A stretch of DNA of 64,000 bases, from NCBI GenBank assembly GCA_030390025.1, contig CM059433.1, positions 23,748,001 to 23,812,000 of the forward strand. The letters run 5' to 3'. The notes below the pieces were generated by a model. It worked only from the letters and a program-made list of their open reading frames with translations, was not told where the DNA came from and ran no database searches. Made by a program: the position numbers and the translations under genes. This document shows, piece by piece, positions 10,501-23,666 of the stretch. The first letter of the stretch is position 1, and each line of letters begins with the position of its first letter. The stretch comes from Squalus acanthias (Eukaryota).

Positions 10501-13500
10501 AGATGTGTCTCAGTGTAAGGGCTGAGCTGTGTCTCAGTGTAAATGCTCAGATGTGTCTCAGTGTAAATGCTGAGATGTGTCTCAGTGTAAATGCTGAGAT
10601 GTGTCTCAGTGTAAATGCTGAGATGTGACTCAGTGTAAATGCTGAGCTGTGTCTCAGTGTAAATGCTGAGATGTGTCTCAGTGTAAATGCTGAGATGTGT
10701 CTCAGTGTAAATGCTGAGATGTGTCTCAGTGTAAGGGCTGAGATGTGACTCAGTGTAAATGCTGAGATGTGTCTCAGTGTAAGGGCTGAGATGTCTCTCA
10801 GTGTAAGGGCTGAGATGTGTCTCAGTGTAAGGGCTGAGATGTGTCTCAGTATAAATGCTGAGATGTGTCTCAGTGTAAGGGCTGAGATGTGTCTCAGTGT
10901 AAGGGCTGAGATGTGTCTCAGTGTAAGGGCTGAGATGTGTCTCAGTGTAAGGGCTGAGATGTGTCTCAGTGTAAGGGCTGAGATGTGTCTCAGTGTAAGG
11001 CTGAGATGTGTCTCAGTGTAAGGGCTGAGATGTGTCTCAGTGTAAGGGCTGAGATGTGTCTCAGTGTAAGGGCTGAGCTGTGTCTCAGTGTAAATGCTGG
11101 GGTGTGTCTCAGTGTGAGGGCTGAGATGTGTCTCAGTGTAAAGGCTGAGATGTGTCTCAGTGTAAATGCTGAGCTGTGTCTCAGTGTAAGGGCTGAGATG
11201 TGTCTCAGTGTAAATGCTGAGATGTGTCTCAGTGTAAATGCTGAGATGTGTCTCAGTGTAAGGCTGAGATGTGTCTCAGTGTAAGGGCTGAGATGTGTCT
11301 CAGTGTAAGGGCTGAGATGTGTCTCAGTGTAAATGCTGAGATGAGTCTCAGTGTAAATGCTGAGATGTGTCTCAGTGTAAATGCTGAGATGTGACTCAGT
11401 GTAAATGCTGAGCTGTGTCTCAGTGTAAATGCTGAGATGTGACTCAGTGTAAATGCTGAGATGTGTCTCAGTGTAAGGGCTGAGATGTGTCTCAGTGTAA
11501 GGGCTGAGCTGTGTCTCAGTGTAAGGCTGAGATGTGTCTCAGTGTAAGGCTGAGATGTGTCTCAGTGTAAATGCTGAGATGTGTCTCAGTGTAAGGGCTG
11601 AGATGTGTCTCAGTGTAAGGGCTGAGATGTGCCTCAGTGTAAGGGCTGAGATGTGTCTCAGTGTAAGGGCTGAGATGTGTCTCAGTGTAAGGGCTGAGAT
11701 GTGTCTCAGTGTAAGGGCTGAGATGTGTCTCAGTGTAAGGGCTGAGATGTGTCTCAGTGTAAGGCTGAGATGTGTCTCAGTGTAAGGGCTGAGATGTGTC
11801 TCAGTGTAAGGCTGAGATGTGTCTCAGTGTAAGGGCTGAGATGTGTCTCAGTGTAAGGCTGAGATGTGTCTCAGTGTAAGGGCTGAGATGTGTCTCAGTG
11901 TAAGGGCTGAGATGTGTCTCAGTGTAAGGGCTGAGATGTGTCTCAGTGTAAGGGCTGAGATGTGTCTCAGTGTAAGGGCTGAGATGTGTCTCAGTGTAAG
12001 GGCTGAGATGTGTCTCAGTGTAAGGGCTGAGATGTGTCTCAGTGTAAGGGCTGAGATGTGCCTCAGTGCAAGGGCTGAGATGTGTCTCAGTGTAAGGGCT
12101 GAGATGTGTCTCAGTGTAAGGGCTGAGATGTGTCTCAGTGTAAGGGCTGAGATGTGTCTCAGTGTAAGGGCTGAGATGTGTCTCAGTGTAAGGGCTGAGA
12201 TGTGTCTCAGTGTAAGGGCTGAGATGTGTCTCAGTGTAAGGGCTGAGATGTGTCTCAGTGTAAGGGCTGAGATGTGTCTCAGTGTAAGGGCTGAGATGTG
12301 TCTCAGTGTAAGGGCTGAGATGTGCGTCAGTGTAATGCTGAGATGTGTCTCAGTGTAAGGGCTGAGATGTGCTTAGTGTAATGCTGAGATGTGTCTCAGT
12401 GTAAGGGCTGAGATGTGTCTCAGTGTAATGCTGAGATGTGTCTCAGTGTAAGGGCTGAGATGTGCTTAGTGTAAATGCTGAGATGTGTCTCAGTGTAGGG
12501 CTGAGATGTGTCTCAGTGTAAATGCTGAGATGTGCCTCAGTGTAAGGGCTGAGATGTGCGTCAGTGTAATGCTGAGATGTGTCTCAGTGTAAGGGCTGAG
12601 ATGTGTCTCAGTGTAATGCTGAGATGTGTCTCAGTGTAAGGGCTGAGATGTGCGTCAGTGTAATGCTGAGATGTGTCTCAGTGTAAGGGCTGAGATGTGT
12701 CTCAGTGTAAGGCTGAGATGTGTCTCAGTGTAATGCTGAGATGTGTCTCAGTGTAAGGGCTGAGATGTGTCTCAGTGTAATGCTGAGCTGTGTCTCAGTG
12801 TAAGGGCTGAGATGTGTCTCAGTGTAAGGGCTGAGATGTGCCTCAGTGTAATGTCTGAGATGTGTCTCAGTGTAAGGGCTGAGATGTGTCTCAGTGTCAG
12901 TGCTGAGATGTGTCTCAGTGTAAGGGCTGAGATGTGTCTCAGTGTAATGCTGAGTGTGTCTCAGTGTAAGGGCTGAGATGTGTCTCAGTGTAAGGCTGAG
13001 ATGTGTCTCAGTGTAAGGGCTGAGATGTGTCTCAGTGTAAGGGCTGAGATGTGTCTCAGTGTAAGGCTGAGATGTGTCTCAGTGTAAGGGCTGAGATGTG
13101 TCTCAGTGTAAGGGCTGAGATGTGTCTCAGTGTAAGGGCTGAGATGTGTCTCAGTGTAAGGGCTGAGATGTGTCTCAGTGTAAGGGCTGAGATGTGTCTC
13201 AGTGTAAGGGCTGAGATGTGTCTCAGTGTAAGGGCTGAGATGTGTCTCAGTGTAAGGGCTGAGATGTGTCTCAGTGTAAGGCTGAGATGTGTCTCAGTGT
13301 AAGGGCTGAGATGTGTCTCAGTGTAAGGGCTGAGATGTGTCTCAGTGTAAGGGCTGAGATGTGTCTCAGTGTAAGGGCTGAGATGTGTCTCAGTGTAAGG
13401 GCTGAGATGTGTCTCAGTGTAAGGGCTGAGATGTGTCTCAGTGTAAGGGCTGAGATGTGTCTCAGTGTAAGGGCTGAGATGTGTCTCAGTGTAAGGCTGA

Positions 13501-16500
13501 GATGTGTCTCAGTGTAAGGGCTGAGATGTGTCTCAGTGTAAGGCTGAGATGTGTCTCAGTGTAAGGGCTGAGATGTGTCTCAGTGTAAGGGCTGAGATGT
13601 GTCTCAGTGTAAGGGCTGAGATGTGTCTCAGTGTAAGGGCTGAGATGTGTCTCAGTGTAAGGGCTGAGATGTGTCTCAGTGTAAGGGCTGAGATGTGTCT
13701 CAGTGTAAGGCTGAGATGTGTCTCAGTGTAAGGGCTGAGATGTGTCTCAGTGTAAGGCTGAGATGTGTCTCAGTGTAAGGGCTGAGATGTGTCTCAGTGT
13801 AAGGGCTGAGATGTGTCTCAGTGTAAGGGCTGAGATGTGTCTCAGTGTAAGGGCTGAGATGTGTCTCAGTGTAAGGGCTGAGATGTGTCTCAGTGTAAGG
13901 CTGAGATGTGTCTCAGTGTAAGGGCTGAGATGTGTCTCAGTGTAAGGGCTGAGATGTGTCTCAGTGTAAGGGCTGAGATGTGTCTCAGTGTAAGGCTGAG
14001 ATGAGTCTCAGTGTAAAGGCTGAGATGTGTCTCAGTGTAAGGCTGAGATGTGTCTCAGTGTAAGGGCTGAGATGTGTCTCAGTGTAAGGGCTGAGATGTG
14101 TCACAGTGTAAGGCTGAGATGTGTCTCAGTGTAAGGGCTGAGATGTGTCTCAGTGTAAGGGCTGAGATGTGTCTCAGTGTAAGGGCTGAGATGTGTCTCA
14201 GTGTAAGGGCTGAGATGTGTCTCAGTGTAAGGCTGAGATGTGTCTCAGTGTAAGGGCTGAGATGTGTCTCAGTGTAAGGGCTGAGATGTGCCTCAGTGTA
14301 AGGGCTGAGATGTGTCTCAGTGTAAGGGCTGAGATGTGTCTCAGTGTAAGGGCTGAGATGTGTCTCAGTGTAAGGGCTGAGATGTGTCTCAGTGTAAGGG
14401 CTGAGATGTGTCTCAGTGTAAGGGCTGAGATGTGTCTCAGTGTAAGGCTGAGATGTGCTCTAGTGTAAAGGCTGAGATGTGTCTCAGTGTAAGGCTGAGA
14501 TGTGTCTCAGTGTAAGGCTGAGATGTGTCTCAGTGTAAGGGCTGAGATGTGTCTCAGTGTAAGGGCTGAGATGTGTCTCAGTGTAAGGGCTGAGATGTGT
14601 CTCAGTGTAAGGGCTGAGATGTGTCTCAGTGTAAGGGCTGAGATGTGTCTCAGTGTAAGGGCTGAGATGTGTCTCAGTGTAAGGGCTGAGATGTGTCTCA
14701 GTGTAAGGGCTGAGATGTGTCTCAGTGTAAGGGCTGAGATGTGTCTCAGTGTAAGGGCTGAGATGTGTCTCAGTGTAAGGGCTGAGATGTGTCTCAGTGT
14801 AAGGGCTGAGATGTGTCTCAGTGTAAGGGCTGAGATGTGTCTCAGTGTAAGGGCTGAGATGTGTCTCAGTGTAAGGGCTGAGATGTGTCTCAGTGTAAGG
14901 GCTGAGATGTTCTCAGTGTAAGGGCTGAGATGTGTCTCAGTGTAAGGGCTGAGATGTGTCTCAGTGTAAGGGCTGAGATGTGTCTCAGTGTAAGGGCTGA
15001 GATGTGTCTCAGTGTAAGGGCTGAGATGTGTCTCAGTGTAAGGGCTGAGATGTGTCTCAGTGTAAGGGCTGAGATGTATCTCAGTGTAAGGGCTGAGATG
15101 TGTCTCAGTGTAAGGGCTGAGATGTGTCTCAGTGTAAGGGCTGAGATGTGTCTCAGTGTAAGGGCTGAGATGTGTCTCAGTGTAAGGGCTGAGATGTGTC
15201 TCAGTGTAAGGGCTGAGATGTTTCTCAGTGTAAGGGCTGAGATGTGTCTCAGTGTAAGGGCTGAGATGTGTCTCAGTGTAAGGGCTGAGATGTGTCTCAG
15301 TGTAAGGGCTGAGATGTGTCTCAGTGTAAGGGCTGAGATGTGTCTCAGTGTAAGGGCTGAGATGTATCTCAGTGTAAGGCTGAGATGTGTCTCAGTGTAA
15401 GGGCTGAGATGTTTCTCAGTGTAAGGGCTGAGATGTGTCTCAGTGTAAGGGCTGAGATGTGTCTCAGTGTAAGTGCTGAGATGTGTCTCAGTGTAAGGGC
15501 TGAGATGTATCTCAGTGTAAGGGCTGAGATGTGTCTCAGTGTAAGGGCTGAGATGTGCCTCAGTGTAAGGGCTGAGATGTGTCTCAGTGTAAGGGCTGAG
15601 ATGTGTCTCAGTGTAAGGGCTGAGATGTGTCTCAGTGTAAGGCTGAGATGTGTCTCAGTGTAAGGGCTGAGATGTGTCTCAGTGTAAGGGCTGAGATGTG
15701 TCTCAGTGTAAGGGCTGAGATGTGTCTCAGTGTAAGGGCTGAGATGTGTCTCAGTGTAAGGGCTGAGATGTGTCTCAGTGTAAGGGCTGAGATGTGTCTC
15801 AGTGTAAGGGCTGAGATGTGTCTCAGTGTAAGGGCTGAGATGTGTCTCAGTGTAAGGGCTGAGATGTGTCTCAGTGTAAGGCTGAGATGTGTCTCAGTGT
15901 AAGGGCTGAGATGTGCCTCAGTGTAAGGGCTGAGATGTGTCTCAGTGTAAGGTCTGAGATGTGTCTCAGTGTAAGGGCTGAGATGTGTCTCAGTGTAAGG
16001 GCTGAGATGTGTCTCAGTGTAAGGGCTGAGATGTGTCTCAGTGTAAGGGCTGAGATGTGTCTCAGTGTAAGGGCTGAGATGTGTCTCAGTGTAAGGCTGA
16101 GATGTGTCTCAGTGTAAGGCTGAGATGTGTCTCAGTGTAAGGGCTGAGATGTGTCTCAGTGTAAGGGCTGAGATGTGTCTCAGTGTAAGGGCTGAGATGT
16201 GTCTCAGTGTAAGGGCTGAGATGTCCTCAGTGTAAGGGCTGAGATGTGTCTCAGTGTAAGGGCTGAGATGTGTCTCAGTGTAAGGGCTGAGATGTGTCTC
16301 AGTGTAAGGGCTGAGATGTGTCTCAGTGTAAGGGCTGAGATGTGTCTCAGTGTAAGGGCTGAGATGTGTCTCAGTGTAAGGGCTGAGATGTGTCTCAGTG
16401 TAAGGCTGAGATGTGTCTCAGTGTAAGGGCTGAGATGTGTCTCAGTGTAAGGGCTGAGATGTGTCTCAGTGTAAGGGCTGAGATGTGCCTCAGTGTAAAT

Positions 16501-19500
16501 GCTGAGATGTGTCTCAGTGTAAATGCTGAGATGTGTCTCAGTGTAAATGCTGGGATGTGTCTCAGTGTAATGCTGAGATGTGTCTCTGTGTAATGCCGAG
16601 ATGTGTCTGAGTGTAATGCTGAGATGTGTCTCAGTGTAAGGGCTGAGATGTCCCTCAGTGTAAATGCTGAGATGTGTCTCAGTGTAAGGGCTGAGATGTG
16701 TCTCAGTTTAAGGGCTGGGATGTGTCTCAGTGTAAGGGCTGAGATGTGTCTCAGTGTAAGGGCTGAGATGTGTCTCAGTGTAAGGGCTGAGATGCGTCTC
16801 AGTGTAAGGGCTGAGATTTGTCTCAGTGTAATGCTGAGATGTGTCTCAGTGTAAATGCTGAGATGTGTCTCAGTGTAAGGGCTGAGATGTGTCTCAGTGT
16901 AAGGGCTGAGATGCGTCTCAGTGTAAATGCTGAGATGTGTCTCAGTGTAAGGGCTGAGATGTGTCTCAGTGTAAGGGCTGAGATGTGTCTCAGTGTAAGG
17001 GCTGAGATGTGTCTCAGTGTAAGGGCTGAGATGTGTCTCAGTGTAAGGGCTGAGATGTGTCTCAGTGTAAGGGCTGAGATGTGTCTCAGTGTAAGGGCTG
17101 AGATGTGTCTCAGTGTAAGGGCTGAGATGTGTCTCAGTGTAAAGGCTGAGATGTGCGTTAGTGTAAATGCTGAGATGTGTCTCAGTGTAAAGGCTGAGAT
17201 GTGCGTTAGTGTAAATGCTGAGATGTGTCTCAGTGTAAGGGCTGAGATGTGCGTTAGTGTAAATGCTGAGATGTGTCTCAGTGTAAGGGCTGGGATGTGT
17301 CTCAATGTAAATGCTGAGATGTGCCTCAGTGTAAGGGCTGAGATGTGCGTTAGTGTAAATGCTGAGATGTGTCTCAGTGTAAGGGCTGGGATGTGTCTCA
17401 ATGTAAATGCTGAGATGTGCCTCAGTGTAAGGGCTGAGATGTGCGTTAGTGTAAATGCTGAGATGTGTCTCAGTGTAAGGGCTGGGATGTGTCTCAGTGT
17501 AAATGCTGAGATGTGTCTCAGTGTAAATGCTGAGATGTGTCTCAGTGTAAGGGCTGAGCTGTGTCTCAGTGTAAATGCTGAGATGTGTCTCAATGTAAAT
17601 GCTGAGATGTTTCTCAGTGTAAGGGCTGAGCTGTGTCTCAGTTTAAGGGCTGAGATGTGTCTCAGTGTAAGGGCTGAGATGTGTCTCAGTGTAAGGGCTG
17701 AGATGTGTCTTAGTGTAAGGGCTGAGATGTGTCTCAGTGTAAGGGCTGAGATGTGTCTCAGTGTAAAGGCTGAGATGTATCTCAGTGTAAGGGCTGAGAT
17801 GTGTCTCAGTGTAAGGGCTGAGAGGTGTCTCAGTGTAAGGGCTGAGATGTGTCTCAGTGTAAGGGCTGAGATGTGTCTCAGTGTAAGGTCTGAGATGTGT
17901 CTCAGTGTAAGGGCTGAGATGTTTCTCAGTGTAAGGGCTGACATGTGTCTCAGTGTAAGGGCTGAGATGTGTCTCAATGTAAATGCTGAGATGTGTCTCA
18001 GTGTCAGGGCTGAGATGTGTCTCAGTGTAAGGGCTGAGCTGTGTCTCAGTGTAAGGGCTGAGATGTGTCTCAGTGTAAATGCTGAGATGTGTCTCAATGT
18101 AAATGCTGAGATGTTTCTCAGTGTAAGGGCTGAGCTGTGTCTCAGTTTAAGGGCTGAGATGTGTCTCAGTGTAAATGCTGAGATGTGTCTCAGTGTAAGG
18201 GCTGAGATGTATCTCAGTGTAAGGGCTGAGATGTGTCTCAGTGTAAATGCTGAGATGTGTCTCAGTTTAAATGCTGAGATGTGTCTCAGTGTAAGGGCTG
18301 GGATGTGTCTCAGTGTAAGGGCTGGGATGTGTCTCAGTGTAAATGCTGAGATGTGTCTCAGTGTAAGGGCTGAGATGTGTCTCAGTGTAAGGGCTGAGAT
18401 GTGTCTTTGTGTAAATGCTGAGATGTGTCTCAGTGTAAATGCTGAGATGTGTCTTTGTGTAAATGCTGAGATGTGTCTGAGTGTAAATGCTGAGATGTGT
18501 CTTTGTGTAAATGCTGAGATGTGTCTCAGTGTAAATGCTGAGATGTGTCTTTGTGTAAATGCTGAGATGTGTCTGAGTGTAAATGCTGAGATGTGTCTCA
18601 GTGTAAGGGCTGAGATGTCCCTCAGTGTAAATGCTGAGATGTGTCTCAGTGTAAGGGCTGAGATGTGTCTCAGTGTAAGGGCTGGGATGTGTCTCAGTGT
18701 AAGGGCTGAGATGTGTCTCAGTGTAAGGGCTGAGATGTGTCTCAGTGTAAGGGCTGAGATGCGTCTCAGTGTAAGGGCTGAGATTTGTCTCAGTGTAAAT
18801 GCTGAGATGTGTCTCAGTGTAAATGCTGAGATGTGTCTCAGTGTAAGGGCAGAGATGTGTCTCAGTGTAAGGGCTGAGATGTGTCTCAGTGTAAGGGCTG
18901 AGATGTGTCTCAGTGTAAGGGCTGAGATGCCCCTCAGTGTAAATGCTGAGATGTGTCTCAGTGTAAGGGCTGAGATGTGTCTCAGTGTAAGGGCTGAGAT
19001 GTGTCTCAGTGTAAGGGCTGAGATGTGTCTCAGTGTAAGGGCTGAGATGTGTCTCAGTGTAAGGGCTGAGATGTGTCTCAGTGTAAGGGCTGAGATGTGT
19101 CTCAGTGTAAATGCTGAGATGTGTCTCAGTGTGAGGGCTGAGATGTGTCTCAGTGTAAGTGCTGAGATGTGTCTCAGTGTAAATGCTGAGATGTGTCTCA
19201 GTGGAAATGCTGAGATGTGTCTGAGTGTAAATGCTGAGATGTGTCTTTGTGTAAATGCTGAGATGTGTCTCAGTGTAAATGCTGAGATGTGTCTTTGTGT
19301 AAATGCCGAGATGTGTCTGAGTGTAAATGCTGAGATGTGTCTCAGTGTAAGGGCTGAGATGTCCCTCAGTGTAAATGCTGAGATGTGTCTCAGTGTAAGG
19401 GCTGAGATGTGTCTCAGTTTAAGGGCTGGGATGTGTCTCAGTGTAAGGGCTGAGATGTGTCTCAGTGTAAGGGCTGAGATGTGTCTCAGTGTAAGGGCTG

Positions 19501-19984
19501 AGATGCGTCTCAGTGTAAGGGCTGAGATTTGTCTCAGTGTAAATGCTGAGATGTGTCTCAGTGTAAATGCTGAGATGTGTCTCAGTGTAAGGGCAGAGAT
19601 GTGTCTCAGTGTAAGGGCTGAGATGTGTCTCAGTGTAAGGGCTGAGATGTGTCTCAGTGTAAGGGCTGAGATGCCCCTCAGTGTAAATGCTGAGATGTGT
19701 CTCAGTGTAAGGGCTGAGATGTGTCTCAGTGTAAGGGCTGAGATGTGTCTCAGTGTAAGGGCTGAGATGTGTCTCAGTGTAAGGGCTGAGATGTGTCTCA
19801 GTGTAAGGGCTGAGATGTGTCTCAGTGTAAATGCTGAGATGTGTCTCAGTGTAAGGGCTGAGATGTGTCTCAGTGTTAGTGCTGATATGTGTCTCAGTGT
19901 AAGGGCTGAGATGTGTCTCAGTGTAAGGGCTGAGATGTGTCTCAGTGTAAATGCTGAGATGTGTCTCAGTGTAGGGGCTGAGAT
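7579..19984. repeat. 24-bp satellite array, about 520 units, consensus GCTGAGATGTGTCTCAGTGTAAGG
   Basis: Directly visible. The main variant is AAGGG>AAATG. 23-bp units are confined to about 11000-16830. Higher-order duplications of 672 bp and 744 bp are present. Confidence 0.99.
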
Positions 19985-21189
19985 ACAAGTGCCTGGTACC
20001 TTCGCCACTGCCCCCTCCGCACTTTCCAAAGTGAGGTGGCATTCCCTGATTTATCTGCCAATGGTGCGAGCCGCACCATTAAGGGGCACATCTAGGGTGT
20101 GCTCCATAAGAAAGGTGCCTGAAAGTTCATCAGAGGTATTCCCTCCGAGTTGCAGTGTCGGCCCCCACCGGAAAGAAGATAAAACAGCCTCTATACTTCC
20201 CTTTGTAAGGTGGCTGATGTTCAATTTTTTAAAAAAGCATTTTCTTCACGATTTCGGTCTCAGTCACGCCTAGGCCTCATTTCCACCAGAGGTCAGGACG
20301 GTACACCTCGTCTGACTAGACAAAACTCTGCTGACTATATGTCGGGTCCCACTGCGGACCCTGAACCGTGGATTTTCAGGGCCCTCGGAGGTAGGGGAGC
20401 TGTCCAGATATTGCATATCACAGATCACAGAATACGATATTTCAGATAATGGACTACAGTTATCAGTTCTGGACTTCGACACATTTTCAAAGCAATATTA
20501 GTGGCCCCCAAACTCTTCCTCTAATGAAAAGCAGGAGGATGTTTTTTTTTCCCTGTTATTAACAATCGAACAAAGTTGCAGGAAGCTGTGGCTTGGAAAT
20601 TTTTAATTTCTGAGAATATAATTTTGTTAGCGGATCATTGGTTGCAGGAAACACAATCAGTTTAATTTTATTCGAAGAGCAAAATGTTATTTCTTGTATT
20701 TGTTCATACTACACATTGACCGGCAGATCGAGCCTGATGGGGATGACAATCCTGCAGGGTGACAATCTTGGGCTGGCAGCAGGCCACAGTATTTTCATGG
20801 AGCCAGGAGGAGCAGGCCTTTTGTTGTGGAGAATCGACCACTTGTTAGGCCGCTTACTGCCAGGGACAAATGGAAGGAGCGTGCGCACCGCGCAGCGCAA
20901 TCTGCCCATTTGTACCTCAAAATTGAAATTGGGTCACACAACAGCATAGGAACCTGCCTTGCATATTTGAACAGCCTCCCACCTGTTTCAGACAGGCGTG
21001 CTTTCCCCTCATTTACAGGTCCACCCGAAAATTGCATCGGACAGGCCTTGGGAATCCAAGGTTCAACTGAGGTGCCCCCACACGATTTTCAATCGCCAGC
21101 CGCTGTTTCTCAGGTGAGAAACAGGCGTCCGACAGTTGAAATCGCCCCTCCCCTATCATCAGAAGACTATACTTGATATTGACTCCTTG

Positions 21190-21897
21190 GGGGGAAAATT
21201 GGGTCGCGGCCCCTTTGATGTGCTAACTTCGCAGGGGCGCAACTTTTAGCGCCCCGAAAAGGTTAGCGCCCCCGCACCGTAAATTGAATGGTAGTGCCCC
21301 AAGCAGGAGGCGGGGCGCTACTGGAAGCGCTCCCCCTCCCTCTTGGGACGCTCCCATTGAATATTGCGGCGCTACGTGCAGCACACCATGTGTGTCAGCA
21401 CATAGCGCCGCGGTACTACAGGCCTCCCTCCCCTGATTAAAGGGGAGGGGCCTAGCACAGTGCACACCGGGGCCCTGCTGGACCACCGGGGAGCGGGGTG
21501 CCGGCAAAAGAGCCCAGCACTCAAGAGGAGTGCCGGGCTGACCGAGGAGGCGAGGGGGGCAGGTGCTGGCAGGCAGCACTAAAAAAATGGCCGCCTGGCA
21601 CCTGCCCTTTAATTTGCGTCACCCCGGCCGCAAACACGCCCCCCTGACCCTGTCGGACATAGCGTCTGGCGGTAGGTCAGGGGGCGCGAGCGAAGTTTGC
21701 GGCTGGGGCGCGAGCGGGGCGTTGCGCACGCCGATGACGCCATCGCCGGTGGCACAGCACCGCAGGGCACTACCAGCTACCGCCGGCGCTAACTTCCCAC
21801 TGAATTTTGCGGGAGGCGTTAGCGCCGCCGCGCCCGGGCACTAGGTGTTTTGCGCCCCGTTAAACAGGAGGTGCAAAGCAACCGAATTCTTTCCCCT
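21190..21897. mobile_element. GC/CpG-rich non-autonomous Harbinger-type MITE
   Basis: Imperfect TIRs GGGGGAAAATTGGGTCGC / GCAACCGAATTCTTTCCCC, similar to the terminus at 1085. No coding motif. Confidence 0.7.
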
Positions 21898-21900
21898 TTA

Positions 21901-22054
21901 GGTCTTCAGTGCTGGTGCAAAATGGGCGATAGGGAATAGACAGCCTGTCTTACACCCCACCCAATTTTCTTTACCATTGACTTCAATTGAAAAGAAGGTG
22001 TAAAACAGGCTGTCTATTCAATGTCACTCCCACCGAAGACCAGTTTCACCCCCC
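21901..22054. mobile_element. Palindromic hairpin MITE
   Basis: Arms GAATAGACAGCCTGTCTTACACC / GGTGTAAAACAGGCTGTCTATTC around CATTGACTTCAAT. It ends AAGACCAGTTTCACCCC and belongs to the same family as 27511-27683. Confidence 0.7.
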
Positions 22055-22595
22055 ATGTAGGCAATGCTATGGGAGACTGGCTAGGACTGTTACATTTTTA
22101 AGTAAGTTTGCAGAACTATTTTTTAACAGACAAAATGCATGTGTTGTGCAATATGTACTGAGGTAATACTTGAGCAATTCTGCATAAATTAGAGGAGAAA
22201 AGGGGAAAATGAGAAACAAATTACAATGGAAATCATGGGTAAATTGTATTTTTTAGCGAAACTAGGAATGTGTTTCTTCCACATTCAGCTTTGCTTTTGG
22301 AGGTCCAAACTTTGAAGTATTGTGAGGCTGGTGATCCGATTCCAATTCTGCTACCTGGAGCAGAAGACTCACTAGATCACGAGAGAACATACAATGTATA
22401 ATTGGCGCTACAATTCCAAGGACTGAACACCCGCTTTGGACTGCAAAGGGTCAGGCCCTGACTCTACTTCAATAGAAAATGTCATCACCATCCATCTTTA
22501 TTATTGTGGCCCTGCTCAAAGTTCACAGATGGCTTGTCATAATAGCAGAGCCTAATGCAGGATACAAGTAATGGTGATGTGGGCACACAGAAAGA

Positions 22596-23059
22596 AAAAA
22601 AGACTTACATTTATATAGCACCTTTCACGACCACCGGATGTCTCAAAGCGCTTTACAGCCAATGAAGTACTTTTGGAATGGAGTCACTGTTGTAATGTAG
22701 GAAAGCGCGGCAGCCAATTTGCACACAGCAAGCTCCCACAAACAGCAATGTGATAATGACCAGATAATCTGTTTTTGTTATGTTGATTGAGGGATAAATA
22801 TTGGCCAGGACACCAGGGATAACTCCCCTACTCTTCTTCGAAATAGTGCCATGGGATCTTTTACGTCCACCTGAGAGAGCAGACAGGACCTCGGTTTAAC
22901 ATCTCATCCGAAAGACGGCACCTCCGATAATGCAGCACTCCCTCAGCACTGCACTGGAGCGTCAGCTGAGATTTATGTGCTCAAGTCCCTGGAGTGGGAC
23001 TTGAACCCACAACCTTCTGACTCAGAGGCGAGTGTTCTACCAACTGAGCCACTGCTGAC
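22596..23059 (-). mobile_element. Full-length tRNA-derived Deu-domain SINE (SacSINE1/AmnSINE-like) with an L2-type tail
   Basis: The minus strand begins GTCAGCAGTGGCTCAGTTGGTAG (A box) ... GGTTCAAGTCC (B box). The central part has CTTTCGGATGAGATGTTAAACCGAGG, and the tail resembles the L2 3' end (AAAGGTGCTATATAAATG). Confidence 0.9.
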
Positions 23060-23666
23060 ACAGGGAACACTTTTTGGAGGGGGACATCTTTGTCCCAATG
23101 GTTCTCATGGAGTTTCACGTGGATAAGTACAGAGTTGACATGACTACTATATTATAAACTGGATAGTCATACTTTGAGGTCATTAGTGCAGGAGAAGGAT
23201 TTAGGAGTGTTTGCAGATCAGTCTTTGAAATGTCCCTGCATGGTCTGAAATTGTGACCAATACCAGCACAGTGTTAGAATGCGTAAGGAGGATAGAATAT
23301 GTAATATAGTAGAAGACGCTGATCAAATGTTTAGCTTCAGACGATTAATAACCTGCTGTTGGGAGTCTCTTCACTTTTTTACAAGTTAAGCGTTCTAATT
23401 TAAATTGTTTAACACAAGTTGGACAAAAAATAATATTTTACATTGTTATTCATGATTATTCAAATCTGTGTTATAAAAATACTCATTATGGCTAATAATT
23501 GGTATCTGATTCCTGGTAGGTATGTCTGTTTTCTGTGGCTTTTGTCTGTGATACAAGTGCAGATCAAAGCACATTATTCAGCTTGTGTACAGGAACAAAA
23601 CAAATGTCGCCACCTGTTGTCCAAGTAAAGAATGCAACAGGTTAATCACCTTATTACTAACTCTTA

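Noticed and set aside
7579..19984. CRISPR-like array (palindromic 24-bp repeats)
   Set aside because: There are no unique spacers and no cas genes, and the context is vertebrate. It is a head-to-tail satellite.
7533..20273. Giant ORFs on both strands (767, 629, 1151, 1068 aa; MCLSVRAE / LTLRHISA repeats)
   Set aside because: These are a by-product of a stop-free 24-bp unit. TGA variants (for example at 9834) interrupt them, there is no domain or gene context, and both strands are open.
22985..23059. tRNA gene
   Set aside because: The A and B boxes belong to a SINE head that continues into the Deu domain and L2-type tail.
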